51,963 nucleotides of DNA from Clostridiales bacterium. GTDB taxonomy: Bacteria > Bacillota > Clostridia > Christensenellales > UBA1242. The translations under genes and the position numbers were made by a program. The stretch lies in NCBI GenBank assembly GCA_050872745.1, contig JBNMHL010000002.1:1-51963 (forward strand), given 5' to 3'. Below the pieces are notes generated by a model that did not search any database, had not been told where the DNA came from, and was given only the letters and a program-made list of their open reading frames with translations. Below, piece by piece: positions 17,816 through 28,535 of this stretch. Every line of letters begins with the position of its first letter. Position 1 is the first letter of the stretch.

Positions 17816-18175
17816 TTATCTAAACGCATCTTTTATATATTCAACAATGCCATCATTAACTTCTGCAACATCAAATCTAACAAGTGCGTTAATTAAATCA
17901 TTTGATTTTAAATAAGCCATCGCAACAGTTTTAATTTTTTGTTGTTTAAAAAAATTAACCATTTCCCTTGGGCTACCAAACACTTCACTAGTTTTCATTT
18001 TAACTTCAACAAAGCATATAGTTTTTTTATCTCTTGCAATTATATCAATTTCGCCAATTGGATTTTTATAATTACGTTCAATAATTTTATATTTTAAAAA
18101 TTTTTTTATGAACTTACAAGCACAATCTTCTCCAGCTTTGCCCTTAATACTATTTAATGATTTAGTTTTCAACAT
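17816..18175 (-). CDS. yraN: YraN family endonuclease (UPF0102)
   Basis: 119 aa with GEIDIIA...FVEVK, the motif typical of UPF0102. Confidence 0.8.
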   Translation of the reverse strand: MLKTKSLNSIKGKAGEDCACKFIKKFLKYKIIERNYKNPIGEIDIIARDKKTICFVEVKMKTSEVFGSPREMVNFFKQQKIKTVAMAYLKSNDLINALVRFDVAEVNDGIVEYIKDAFR

Positions 18176-18187
18176 TATTCTCTCTTT

Positions 18188-18775
18188 TTAAACAAAGTGT
18201 TTTATAAATGAATTTCTATGAATCTCACACTTGCCATACATTTTCAAGTTTTCAATGTGTTCTCTAGTACCATATCCCTTATGTTTTGCAAAATTATATT
18301 CAGGATATTTTTTATCAAAATCTTTCATTAGCCTATCTCTATACACTTTTGCAAGAATAGATGCACAAGCAATATTATAACTTTTTGCATCGCCCTTAAT
18401 TAAACTATCAGTTGGAATTTGAACATCTAACTTCACAGCATCAATAAGTATTAAATCTGGCTTTATCTCAATATTTTCAACGCATTGCATCATACCTAAT
18501 TTGGTCGCGTTTAAAATGTTAATTTCATCAATTTTGATATTATCCACCTCTTCTATATCATATGCAATTGCAGTATTTATTATTTTATCGAAAAGAATTT
18601 CTCGTTTCTTTTCAGTTAACTTTTTGCTATCATTAATTCCATCTATAATCTTATCTTCATCCAATGGCATAACAACCATAGCGCACACAACAGGACCTGC
18701 TAATGGGCCACGCCCAGCTTCATCTATTCCACCAATTAAAATATCTTTTCCATATGCCAAATCAAAGTTATGCAT
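18188..18775 (-). CDS. rnhB: Ribonuclease HII
   Basis: GIDEAGRGPLAGPVV catalytic motif. 195 aa. Confidence 0.92.
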   Translation of the reverse strand: MHNFDLAYGKDILIGGIDEAGRGPLAGPVVCAMVVMPLDEDKIIDGINDSKKLTEKKREILFDKIINTAIAYDIEEVDNIKIDEINILNATKLGMMQCVENIEIKPDLILIDAVKLDVQIPTDSLIKGDAKSYNIACASILAKVYRDRLMKDFDKKYPEYNFAKHKGYGTREHIENLKMYGKCEIHRNSFIKHFV

Positions 18776-19682
18776 TTTTTAACCTATCTTTTACTTGTAG
18801 TTTCTTTAAATCTTTATATGCTTCTAATGTTAGAGCACCAAATTTTCCTTGCTTAAAATCACTAATAATTGCCTTGCAACATCTATCATAATCAGGCTCA
18901 GCTCCTCTAAGCAAAAATTTTCTTGCATCACATATTTTATCCAACACTTCAAGATTTTCATCGTTTTCTAAAATTTGAATAGAATATCTATTCTCCAAAA
19001 TATTTGGATTGATTTTTCTTATATCATCTATAAAATAAAACGCTAAGTCATTAACATCAAGCACTTCTTCTTTAATACTTCCAATATATGCCAGAGTTCT
19101 AGCAACCCTGTTATTATCAAATGCCGGCCATAAAGTTCCAGGGGTATCAAGAAGCTCAATTCCACTTGCAATTCTAACCCATTGTTTCCCTTTTGTTACG
19201 CCTGGTTTATTTCCAGTTAAAGTTTTTGCTTTACCACACAAGTTATTTATTAATGTGCTTTTCCCGCAATTAGGAACACCAACAACCATAGCACGAAGAG
19301 TGCAAACTAAGCCTTTTTCTTTATACTTATTTATTTTTTCATAACAAGCGCTTTTTATAGCTTCCTCCAACTTTTTTCCCATTCCAGATGCTGTTGAATT
19401 CATAACTAAACAAGTGGTGTTATCTTTTTTAAAAAATTTAAACCATTCATTAACTTTATCTTTCTCCGCCATATCTATTTTGTTAAAAACATATATAATA
19501 GGCTTGTTATCAATAAAGCTTTGAAACTTCGGATTTACGCACGAAAAAGGTGCTCGACTATCAAGCACATAAATTATAGCGTCAACTATTTTTAAGTCTT
19601 TCTCCATAGTTTTTAGGGCTTTATTCATATGCCCAGGAAACCAATTTATTAACATATTAGTTGTTTTATTCTCATCACTCAT
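18768..19682 (-). CDS. rbgA: Ribosome biogenesis GTPase A (RbgA/YlqF)
   Basis: INWFPGHMNKA, with circularly permuted G motifs (NKIDM ... GVPNCGKST ... DTPG). Confidence 0.9.
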   Translation of the reverse strand: MSDENKTTNMLINWFPGHMNKALKTMEKDLKIVDAIIYVLDSRAPFSCVNPKFQSFIDNKPIIYVFNKIDMAEKDKVNEWFKFFKKDNTTCLVMNSTASGMGKKLEEAIKSACYEKINKYKEKGLVCTLRAMVVGVPNCGKSTLINNLCGKAKTLTGNKPGVTKGKQWVRIASGIELLDTPGTLWPAFDNNRVARTLAYIGSIKEEVLDVNDLAFYFIDDIRKINPNILENRYSIQILENDENLEVLDKICDARKFLLRGAEPDYDRCCKAIISDFKQGKFGALTLEAYKDLKKLQVKDRLKNA

Positions 19683-19705
19683 TTTATACCCTTTAATTTA
19701 AAAGA

Positions 19706-20377
19706 CTATTTATCGCTCAATAAATCAGGTCTATATTTTTTAGTTTCAATTATTTTTTGATTTTCACGCCATTTCTTAATTTCTGCATGATTGCCTGATA
19801 TTAACACATCAGGTACCTTTTTACCCATAAATTCATATGGTCTAGTATATTGAGGGTACTCAAGCAAATTATCAGAAAAACTTTCATCACACACGCTATT
19901 TTCATTTCCAAGCACATTAGGAACATATCTTAAAATTGAATCAATTAAAACCATAGCTGGAAGTTCGCCACCAGTTAGAATATAATCGCCTATACTCACC
20001 ATTTCATCAACACACATTTCAATTATTCTTTCATCAATACCCTCATAGTGCCCGCAAATAAGAATTAAATGTTCATAAGAACTTAGTGATTTCACGATGC
20101 CTTGCTTTAAAACTTTCCCCTTTGGAGAAAGATATATAGTATGTGAATTTTCACGTTTTACACTCATTATCGCATCATATAGAGGTTGACATGCCATAAG
20201 CATTCCATCTCCACCACCAAAAATATAATCATCAACTTTTTTATGTTTATCTTTAGAAAATTCCCTTATATCAACAACTTTGAATTCAAAAGCACCTTTT
20301 TCAATAGCTTTTCCAATCAAACTAGAATTCAACGCTTGAAACATTTCTGGAAACAATGTTAAAACATCTATTCTCAT
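19706..20377 (-). CDS. trmD: tRNA (guanine37-N1)-methyltransferase TrmD
   Basis: MRIDVLTLFPEMF and GHYEGIDERI. Confidence 0.93.
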   Translation of the reverse strand: MRIDVLTLFPEMFQALNSSLIGKAIEKGAFEFKVVDIREFSKDKHKKVDDYIFGGGDGMLMACQPLYDAIMSVKRENSHTIYLSPKGKVLKQGIVKSLSSYEHLILICGHYEGIDERIIEMCVDEMVSIGDYILTGGELPAMVLIDSILRYVPNVLGNENSVCDESFSDNLLEYPQYTRPYEFMGKKVPDVLISGNHAEIKKWRENQKIIETKKYRPDLLSDK

Positions 20378-20877
20378 ACCAAAATTTCTTTTAACCTTTT
20401 AGAATTAACTTTTATAAGTTTGCTCTTAACATCAACATTAATAAAAATGTCGCTAACGAATGGAAACATAAATTCTTTGCCATTATTATCTTTATAGCAG
20501 ATAACATCAGTTGCCCCGTGGTTAGTTAAAACATCGAAAATGTCACCTAAAAACACACCATCATCAAGCATTAGTTTACAACCTTTAATATCATCAATAT
20601 AATACTCACCTTCAGCTAGTGGTTTTAATTCATCGTATTCATAATAAACATCAATATTTCTTAGGTCTTCTACCATCTCGCAACTTGATATTCCATCAAC
20701 TTTTAAGATGTAAAAAGCATCTCTTGAAACTATTTTATCTAATTTATATTTTTTACCATTTATGATTATCTCTTTCATATCATCAATAAATGGAAAATTA
20801 AAGCTTTCAGGTTTAACTCTAAACTCACCTTTTAAACCTTGAGGTTTTGTTATAATACCAAATTTAATCAATTGCAT
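20374..20877 (-). CDS. rimM: 16S rRNA processing protein RimM
   Basis: GIITKPQGLKGEFRV N-terminus plus a PRC barrel. I chose the ATG at 20877; the track start at 20883 is a TTG. Neither has a good SD. Confidence 0.85.
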   Translation of the reverse strand: MQLIKFGIITKPQGLKGEFRVKPESFNFPFIDDMKEIIINGKKYKLDKIVSRDAFYILKVDGISSCEMVEDLRNIDVYYEYDELKPLAEGEYYIDDIKGCKLMLDDGVFLGDIFDVLTNHGATDVICYKDNNGKEFMFPFVSDIFINVDVKSKLIKVNSKRLKEILV

Positions 20878-20900
20878 AAACAAAATAAAGAGATGAAAAA

Positions 20901-21143
20901 TTATTCCACCTCTTTTTCTCCTATTTTTAAAATATATCTTTTGCCTGGTGTTGATAAAGATTTGATAATTGTGCGTATTGCAGATGCAATTTTACCATTT
21001 TTGCCAATTACTCTGCCCATGTCTGATTTTGCAACCTTAACATTAACAACAGTAACTCTTTCAGATTCTTCAACAATATCAATTTCAACTTCATCTTTTT
21101 TTTCAGCAAGTTCATTAATTATATATTTAATTAATTCTTCCAT
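20901..21143 (-). CDS. KH-domain RNA-binding protein (YlqC/UPF0109)
   Basis: 80 aa with the motif GRVIGKNGKIASAIRTI, located between rpsP and rimM. Confidence 0.85.
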   Translation of the reverse strand: MEELIKYIINELAEKKDEVEIDIVEESERVTVVNVKVAKSDMGRVIGKNGKIASAIRTIIKSLSTPGKRYILKIGEKEVE

Positions 21144-21159
21144 TTAACACCACCGATTA

Positions 21160-21450
21160 TTAGTTTTGTTTTTTCTTTTTATCGGTTTTAGGTGCACGTT
21201 TTTTCATAGGTTCTAAGATACCAGCAGAAACAAGTAATGTTCTTGCAGTTTCAGTTGGTTGAGCACCGCAAGCTAACCATTTTCTAGTTAATTCTTCATC
21301 AAGTTTAATTTCAGCTGGTTGAGTAAGAGGATTGAAAGTTCCTAATTTCTCAAGATACTCACCATCTCTAGCTTTTCTAGAATCAGTTACAACTACTCTA
21401 TAAAATGGTGATTTCTTATCTCCTAATCTAGTTAATCTAATTTTTACCAT
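21160..21450 (-). CDS. rpsP: 30S ribosomal protein S16
   Basis: It starts [21 protein letters not shown]. An AAGGAG SD lies 9 nt upstream of the ATG at 21450, so the longer track ORF is an upstream extension. Confidence 0.95.
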   Translation of the reverse strand: MVKIRLTRLGDKKSPFYRVVVTDSRKARDGEYLEKLGTFNPLTQPAEIKLDEELTRKWLACGAQPTETARTLLVSAGILEPMKKRAPKTDKKKKQN

Positions 21451-21544
21451 AATATTTTTCTCCTTTAGTTTTTTTAAATTTATATACAATTTTTTAGTGA
21501 TACCACAAAAAATATTAAAAACAATTAAATGTGATAGTGAAATA

Positions 21545-22882
21545 CTATCTTCCTTGAAATCTTCTTGCCATCATAGCACCAAGGCCTTTTCCACATTTCA
21601 TTTGCTTCATAACTTCTTTAGATTGGTTATATTGCTTTAATAGAATATTAACATCTTGAATAGATGTCCCACTGCCACTCGCAATTCTCTTTTTATGACT
21701 GCCTTTTAAAATATCAGGATTGTTTCGTTCCTTTTTAGTCATGCTTAAAATAATTGCTTTATTTTTAGCCATTTGTTCATTTGAAATTGCATTTTCACTT
21801 AATTTTAATTTATTTGAACCTGGAATCATAGATAACAATTGATTAATATCACCCATTTTACTAATTTGGTCAAACTGAATTAAATAATCCTCTAATGTAA
21901 ACGAGTTTTCGCGAAATTTTTTCTCAAGTTTCTTTTGTTCTTCTTCATTAAAATTTGCTTGAGCTTTTTCGATTAGTGTTAGAACATCACCCATATTTAA
22001 TATTCTGCTAGCCATTCTATCTGGATGGAACACTTCAAGATCATCCATCTTTTCGCCAATTCCGCAGAACTTAATAGGTTTGCCAGTAACAGATCTTATG
22101 CTTAATGCTGCGCCACCACGAGTATCACCATCAAGTTTAGTTAAGATAACACCTGTTATATCAAGTTGCTCGTTAAAGCTAGTTGCAACATTAACAGCAT
22201 CTTGACCTGTCATACTATCAACAACAAGTAAAATCTCAGTTGGTTTTGTTATCTTTTTGATATCTTTCAATTCATCCATCAATTCTTCGTTGATATGGAG
22301 CCTACCAGCGGTATCAATGATAACAGTGTCGTAACCTTTTTTGTTGGCATATTTTATTGCATTATCAGCAGTTTTTTGAGGTTTATTTGTGCCTTCATCG
22401 TAAACTTCAACATCAACAGATTTTCCAACAACTTTTAATTGATTAATTGCAGCTGGCCTATAAATATCACACGCCACAAGCATAGGTTTCTTGCCTTGAG
22501 ATTTTAGCAATTTTGCTAGTTTACCACACATAGTTGTTTTACCAGCACCTTGCAAACCACACATCAAAATTACAGTTGGCAACTTACTAGAAACTTCTAA
22601 TTTGGCATTATTGCTTCCCATTAATTGAGTTAGTTCTTCATGAACAATTTTAATAACTTGTTGCCCAGGAGTTAAACTTTTTAAAACGCCTTCACCAATA
22701 GATTTTTCAGTGACATTTTTTATAAAATCTTTAACAACCAAAAAGTTAACATCAGCTTCAAGCAAAGCAATTCTAACTTCACGCATAGCATCTCTTATTT
22801 CAAGCTCAGTTAATTTACCACGTTTAGTTAATTTACTAAAAATATGGTTTAGTTTTAAACTTAAATTACCAAATGCACCCAT
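21545..22882 (-). CDS. ffh: Signal recognition particle protein Ffh
   Basis: NG domain motifs [14 protein letters not shown] and TKLDGD, plus a Met-rich M domain. Confidence 0.95.
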   Translation of the reverse strand: MGAFGNLSLKLNHIFSKLTKRGKLTELEIRDAMREVRIALLEADVNFLVVKDFIKNVTEKSIGEGVLKSLTPGQQVIKIVHEELTQLMGSNNAKLEVSSKLPTVILMCGLQGAGKTTMCGKLAKLLKSQGKKPMLVACDIYRPAAINQLKVVGKSVDVEVYDEGTNKPQKTADNAIKYANKKGYDTVIIDTAGRLHINEELMDELKDIKKITKPTEILLVVDSMTGQDAVNVATSFNEQLDITGVILTKLDGDTRGGAALSIRSVTGKPIKFCGIGEKMDDLEVFHPDRMASRILNMGDVLTLIEKAQANFNEEEQKKLEKKFRENSFTLEDYLIQFDQISKMGDINQLLSMIPGSNKLKLSENAISNEQMAKNKAIILSMTKKERNNPDILKGSHKKRIASGSGTSIQDVNILLKQYNQSKEVMKQMKCGKGLGAMMARRFQGR

Positions 22883-22883
22883 A

Positions 22884-23210
22884 TTACTCCTTAATATTTG
22901 AAATTAAATTATCAATTTTTAAATTAATGCCACTATCTTTGCAACAATTTTTAATCTCTAATAACTCATTGCGTATTCGCTTTAATTTTTTATCAATCTT
23001 CAATTTACTTTCATAATTTGTTAAAGATTTAACAACATTTTTTAAAGTAAAATCAACAGCCTGGCGAGATATATTATGATTATCCGCAATTTCACTTAAT
23101 GATAAATTATCAAAATAATACTCTTCAAAAACTTCTTTTTGATTGTTTGTTAGCATATTTCCATAGATATCATAAAGTTCCATCAAACCAATTCTTTCAT
23201 TATAATTCAT
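22884..23210 (-). CDS. ylxM: YlxM/UPF0122 putative helix-turn-helix protein
   Basis: MNY...LT..QKEVFEEYYFDNLSLSEIADNHNISRQAV aligns with B. subtilis YlxM and sits upstream of ffh. The ATG at 23210 has an AAGG SD. Confidence 0.85.
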   Translation of the reverse strand: MNYNERIGLMELYDIYGNMLTNNQKEVFEEYYFDNLSLSEIADNHNISRQAVDFTLKNVVKSLTNYESKLKIDKKLKRIRNELLEIKNCCKDSGINLKIDNLISNIKE

Positions 23211-23364
23211 ATTTAACCTTGACAAGTAATTTTACTTTACAATGTATTATATAACCAAAATACAACAATGTCAATAGAAATATTAAAATTTATTATTTTG
23301 TTATAAATTTTTCACATTAACTTCATGCTTACATCATAACAATTTACAGGTATTATGCAACAAA

Positions 23365-23392
23365 TAAAAAAGTGAGAAACTTCTCACTTTTA
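23365..23392 (-). terminator. Intrinsic terminator after ftsY
   Basis: AGTGAGA/TCTCACT stem (23371-23388) with a U-run on the minus strand. Confidence 0.7.
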
Positions 23393-23408
23393 AATTGATA
23401 ATGAAATA

Positions 23409-24299
23409 TTATATAATAGAATTAACAAACTCCTCAGCATTAAACTCTTGAAGGTCATCAATTCCCTCACCAACGCCGATATAAACTATTGGAACATTAT
23501 ATTTAGAGACCAAACTAAACACAACACCACCTTTAGCAGTTCCATCAAGTTTAGTTAAAATAATTCCATCAATTCCAACAATATCGTTAAAAATTTCCAT
23601 TTGCGATAAAGCATTTTGACCAGTTGTTGCATCTAAAACTAGATAGTTTAAAATTTGCCCGTTCCATTCTCTTGAAATAATTTTTTCAATCTTCCTTAAC
23701 TCTTCCATTAGATTAGCTTTATTATGCAATCTTCCAGCAGTATCCACCAAAACCACATCTTCTTTCTTTGCCACAGCGCTCTTAACGCCATCAAACACAA
23801 CTGAACCAGGATCAGCTCCTTCAACATTTTTAACTATTCTAACATTCGCTCTCTTTGCCCATTCTGCAAGCTGGTCTGAGGCTGCAGCCCTAAATGTATC
23901 ACCAGCTACCATCAAAACACTTTTCTTTTTTTGCTTAAAGTTATAAGCAAGTTTGCCAAGTGCCGTTGTTTTACCAACTCCATTAACTCCAACCACAGTT
24001 ATAAGCCTTGGGTATTCTTCATCAGGTTTTTCAACAGCGGTTAGAATTTTAATCATAGAATTTCTTAGTAATTTCTTAAATTCATCTTCCGTTTTAACTC
24101 TGTTTGATTTAGCCTCTTTTTTTATATTTGCAATTATATTTTCCACAACATCAGGACTAATATCAGATGAAATTAAAACCATCTCTAAATCTTCATAAAA
24201 CTCAGCATTTAATTCGCCAACAAATATCTGCGATAGCTTTTTTGCTATCGCATCTTTTGTTTTCTTTAAACCATTAAATATTTTAGAGAAAAATCCCAT
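23409..24299 (-). CDS. ftsY: SRP receptor FtsY
   Basis: GVNGVGKTT, DTAGR and TKLDGT. 296 aa (short A domain). Confidence 0.95.
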   Translation of the reverse strand: MGFFSKIFNGLKKTKDAIAKKLSQIFVGELNAEFYEDLEMVLISSDISPDVVENIIANIKKEAKSNRVKTEDEFKKLLRNSMIKILTAVEKPDEEYPRLITVVGVNGVGKTTALGKLAYNFKQKKKSVLMVAGDTFRAAASDQLAEWAKRANVRIVKNVEGADPGSVVFDGVKSAVAKKEDVVLVDTAGRLHNKANLMEELRKIEKIISREWNGQILNYLVLDATTGQNALSQMEIFNDIVGIDGIILTKLDGTAKGGVVFSLVSKYNVPIVYIGVGEGIDDLQEFNAEEFVNSII

Positions 24300-27200
24300 T
24301 ACTTCACCTCAGCCATTTTAACAGCATCACTTAATTTAACAGAAACTACTTTACTAACACCCTTTTCTTCCATAGTTATTCCATAAAGAACATCAGAATA
24401 TTCCATTGTTGGCTTTTTATGGGTTATAACAATAAATTGAGTGTCTCCAGAATACTTTTTCAAGTATTGAACAAATCTATAAACATTCGCTTCATCTAGA
24501 GGAGCCTCGATTTCATCCAACAAACAGAATGGCATTGGTTTTAATCTTAAAATTGCAAATAATATTGCAATTGCAACTAACGCTTGCTCACCACCAGAAA
24601 GAAGTTGTGTGTTTTTTAATTTCTTTTCAGGCGGTTCAGCATATATTTCAACACCTGATTCAAGAATATTGTTTTTATCAGTTATTTCAAGCCTTGCATT
24701 ACCACCACCAAACAATTCCTTAAATATTATTCCGAAGTTCTCATTAATCTTATTAAACTCAGTTACAAATCTATTTACCATCTCATCAGATAAATCTTTA
24801 ATAATAGTTTTAATATCTTGTTCTGCTTTGATTAAATCTTGTGCTTGTTCATACATAACCCCATGCCTATCAAGCAAGTTTTGATAGTCTTCAATAGCGT
24901 TAACGTTGATATTTCCAAGCAGTGTGATTTGTTTCTTTATTTTACTAATTTCTTGTAAGCCCGATTTAACATCAAACATCTCAAGTTTAAATGGAAGTGC
25001 TGAATTATATGTAAGTTCATAATCTTCCCAAATCTTTTCTTGCATTGTTTCTATATCAGTGTCAATCTTTATCAAATTCATTTCTTGTTGGTTTTTCTTA
25101 TCTTGAAGTTTATTTACCTCAGTTGAAAGTCTCATTTTATCATCATCTAAGAAAAGAAGCCTTGATTGAATAGTCGTTTTTTCTTTTTCTAACTCATCAC
25201 GTTTCGCCTTAGCTTCCTTTAATTGAGCCTGAACTTCACTATATTTTGAATTAGATTCTAATTCATCTTTTGAACGAGTAAATTGGCTTAAGATCTTATC
25301 ATTTTCAGCCTTTAATTCCTTTGAGTGTTCTAAATTATTATTTAATTGCTTTAACTCAAAATTTAATCTATCAATATCTTGTTCAATTGCAATTAACTCA
25401 CTTTGAACTGTTGCAATTTGAATTTTTGCATGAGTTAATTTTTGATTATATTCATCTTTGGTTTCTTTTAATGAGTTAAACTGACTTACATTTTTATCCA
25501 AAGTTTCTTCAGAAACATTATAATCAACGTCACTAATTTTATTTAATTCATTTTCTATTCCGTTAAGTATTTGACTATACTTTGCAACATCGCTATTTGT
25601 TTTATTAATCAAACCTTCAACTTCATTTAAATTAAACTTATGCTTGTTATGAATTTCAACATCTTTTGCGTATTCAATTTCTAACTGATGCAAAGCCTCA
25701 GTTGTTTCTTTAATTTCATTTGTTATGCTTTCATAATTTGCTATAGCTGACTTTAATGAATCTTGTTTTGACAATTTTTCACTATTCAATTTAGCAATAT
25801 TCTTTTTAATGTTTTCAATCTCATTCTCTCTTCCTAGTAGGTTTGAAACTTGAGATTTTTTACTACCACCAGTGATACTTCCTTGAGGAGAAATAATATC
25901 ACCATCTAAAGTAACAATCCTAAAAGAATATCCGCTTTGCTTTGCAAGATTAACTGCCGTGTTTATATTATTAACAACAACTGTTGTTCCAAGTAAACTA
26001 CTTATTGCGCTATCAATCGATTTATCATATTTAATTAAATCTTTTGCTATTCCAAAACAACCAGCAGAGTTTAATAAATGGCTAAATTTAGCATCAAATT
26101 GCCTTGATTTAATTGTGTTTATAGGAAGGAAAGTGATTCTTCCATATTGCTTTTCTTTTAAATAATTAACTAAAAATTTTGCTTGTTCTTCAGTTTCAGT
26201 AATAATATTTTGAACTGCGTTTCCAAGTGCCATTTCAATTGCAGTTTGATACATTTCAGGAACATTTATAAGTGAAGCAACCACGCCAATCAATTTACTC
26301 TTTAATCCAGAATTGATTTTAGTATCATTTAATAATCTTTTAACAGAACCATTAAAACCTTCATTATCCTTAATAAGCTCTGATAAGATGTTTTGCCTGT
26401 TTTCTAAACTTAAAACATTTGAAGTTATTTCTGAAATATTTTGTTCTAATCCTTTAACAATTCCAAGCTTTGAGTTTTGAGAAGATATTAAACTATTTAA
26501 ATTACTCTCAGTTGTTACCTTTTCGTTTTGAAGTTTTTCCAAAATCAATTGGCTACTATCAGATAATTTTTTAATTTCATCAAATTTTTCGTTTAATTGA
26601 TTTAATTGAATGCTTCCATCATTAACACTATCTTCATATGACTTCTTCTCAGCCAACAATGCAGACTTTTTAGCTTTAACATCACTTAATTTGTTCAACG
26701 ATTCAAACAACTTTCTTTGAGTGTCTAAAGCTTCATCTTCACCGCTTTTCAATTCATCTGAAATTTTATTAAATTTTTCAGTTAATTCTTCCACATTCGC
26801 TTTAAGATTTTCCAGTTCATCTTGTTTCAACTTTTTACTACTATATTTGTTTTGCAAAGTTTCATTTAAACTAGCAAGATTAGTTTCAATAAAATTAATA
26901 TCTTTAGTTATTCTATCATTTTCACTTATTAAATTATTTAATTTCTCTTTTAACAAGTTAGATTCACTGCTTTGCTTTTCAATGCCAACTGATAATTCAA
27001 GAATAGTTTCACCCACCTCTTTAATCAATGAATCAAGGTTATTTCCTTTTTCAAAAGAAGCATTATAATCATTCATAGCATTATCTAACTCAGTTTGCTT
27101 TTGATTTAATTCTTTAACAATTGCATTTATCTTTTCATTAATAATCGCTTTATTATCACTAGCATTATCATATTGATATATATAAGCATTGATTTCAAGT

Positions 27201-27871
27201 TGTTTTAATTGATCACGCAATTCTAAATATTGTTTTGCAACTTCAGATTGATGTTTTAATGGTTTTAATTGTCTATCAATTTCTGAGATAACATTATTAA
27301 TAGTATCTAAATTAATTTTTGTTCTCTCAAGTTTTCTCTCAGCTTCAACCTTCTTTGCTTTGAACCCAGCAACACCTGCAGCTTCTTCAAAAATCACACG
27401 CCTCTCTTCTGGTTTACTATTAACGATTTTACCAACCATTCCTTGCCCAATAATTGAGTAACCATTTTTTCCAACACCACTATTATGAAGCATTTCAGTG
27501 ATTTCTTTCAGCCTACAAATTTCCTTATTTATCCTATATTCACTTTCACCATTTTTATATAGTTTTCTTGTTATCTCAATTTCTTCATATGGTGAGTTAA
27601 ATATTTTATTTGAGTTATCAAAGCATAAAGACACTTCACAAAACGCCATTCCTTTTCTTTTTTCAGTGCCTTTAAAAATAACATCTTGCATTGATGTTCC
27701 ACGCAAGTTTTTACTACTTTGTTCCCCTAAAACCCATCTAATTGAATCTGCAATATTACTTTTACCACAGCCATTTGGACCAACAATAGAGGTTATTCCT
27801 TCATTAAATGGAAGAATCGTTGGATCAGCAAACGATTTAAAACCTGTGATTTCCAATTTTTTTAAATTCAA
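24299..27871 (-). CDS. smc: Chromosome partition protein SMC
   Basis: 1190 aa. N-terminal GPNGCGKSN, long coiled coils, a hinge, and C-terminal LSGGE and LLDEIEAPLD. Confidence 0.97.
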   Translation of the reverse strand: MNLKKLEITGFKSFADPTILPFNEGITSIVGPNGCGKSNIADSIRWVLGEQSSKNLRGTSMQDVIFKGTEKRKGMAFCEVSLCFDNSNKIFNSPYEEIEITRKLYKNGESEYRINKEICRLKEITEMLHNSGVGKNGYSIIGQGMVGKIVNSKPEERRVIFEEAAGVAGFKAKKVEAERKLERTKINLDTINNVISEIDRQLKPLKHQSEVAKQYLELRDQLKQLEINAYIYQYDNASDNKAIINEKINAIVKELNQKQTELDNAMNDYNASFEKGNNLDSLIKEVGETILELSVGIEKQSSESNLLKEKLNNLISENDRITKDINFIETNLASLNETLQNKYSSKKLKQDELENLKANVEELTEKFNKISDELKSGEDEALDTQRKLFESLNKLSDVKAKKSALLAEKKSYEDSVNDGSIQLNQLNEKFDEIKKLSDSSQLILEKLQNEKVTTESNLNSLISSQNSKLGIVKGLEQNISEITSNVLSLENRQNILSELIKDNEGFNGSVKRLLNDTKINSGLKSKLIGVVASLINVPEMYQTAIEMALGNAVQNIITETEEQAKFLVNYLKEKQYGRITFLPINTIKSRQFDAKFSHLLNSAGCFGIAKDLIKYDKSIDSAISSLLGTTVVVNNINTAVNLAKQSGYSFRIVTLDGDIISPQGSITGGSKKSQVSNLLGRENEIENIKKNIAKLNSEKLSKQDSLKSAIANYESITNEIKETTEALHQLEIEYAKDVEIHNKHKFNLNEVEGLINKTNSDVAKYSQILNGIENELNKISDVDYNVSEETLDKNVSQFNSLKETKDEYNQKLTHAKIQIATVQSELIAIEQDIDRLNFELKQLNNNLEHSKELKAENDKILSQFTRSKDELESNSKYSEVQAQLKEAKAKRDELEKEKTTIQSRLLFLDDDKMRLSTEVNKLQDKKNQQEMNLIKIDTDIETMQEKIWEDYELTYNSALPFKLEMFDVKSGLQEISKIKKQITLLGNINVNAIEDYQNLLDRHGVMYEQAQDLIKAEQDIKTIIKDLSDEMVNRFVTEFNKINENFGIIFKELFGGGNARLEITDKNNILESGVEIYAEPPEKKLKNTQLLSGGEQALVAIAILFAILRLKPMPFCLLDEIEAPLDEANVYRFVQYLKKYSGDTQFIVITHKKPTMEYSDVLYGITMEEKGVSKVVSVKLSDAVKMAEVK

Positions 27872-27881
27872 GACCTTTCTC

Positions 27882-28535
27882 CTATTTTATTTTTTCAAGT
27901 GCTTCTTTTGCACAATTTTGCTCTGCTTGTTTCAGTGATTCACCATTGCATACTGCCAACACATCATCATTAAGGCTTAATTCAACTTTAAATGTTGGGC
28001 AATGTTCAACACCTAATTTTGAAACCAAATTATATTTTAAATAAATAGCATTTGAACCTAACTTTTCTTGAAGCATTGATTTAAAATCAGTTATTTGGTT
28101 ATATATTTCATCAATTTTATCAACACTTACTAATATATTGTCACTCACGAACCTATGAGCATCCTCAAACTCAGAATCCAAATATAAACTAGCAATTATA
28201 CTCTCAATAACATCTGCTTTAATGTTTAGAGGAATAATTTTTATAGACTTTCCAACCTTAATAAATTTTGTAATATTTAAACTATCACAAACATGCTCTA
28301 GAAATTTAGCAGATACTATTTTAGCACGAAGCTTAGACAACTCACCTTCAGATAAGTGATGATATCCCATTATTTCTATTGAAACAATAGTTTGCAACAA
28401 TGTGTCCCCTAAAAACTCCATTCTTTCATAGGATTCAACATTATTGTCGTTTGCATAACTAGAATGCGTTAATGCAGTGTTTAATAAATCAATATTCTTA
28501 TATTTATGGTTTAATATTGTTTCAATTTCACTCAT
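27882..28535 (-). CDS. rnc: Ribonuclease III
   Basis: ERMEFLGDTLL signature and a C-terminal dsRBD. 217 aa. Confidence 0.92.
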   Translation of the reverse strand: MSEIETILNHKYKNIDLLNTALTHSSYANDNNVESYERMEFLGDTLLQTIVSIEIMGYHHLSEGELSKLRAKIVSAKFLEHVCDSLNITKFIKVGKSIKIIPLNIKADVIESIIASLYLDSEFEDAHRFVSDNILVSVDKIDEIYNQITDFKSMLQEKLGSNAIYLKYNLVSKLGVEHCPTFKVELSLNDDVLAVCNGESLKQAEQNCAKEALEKIK

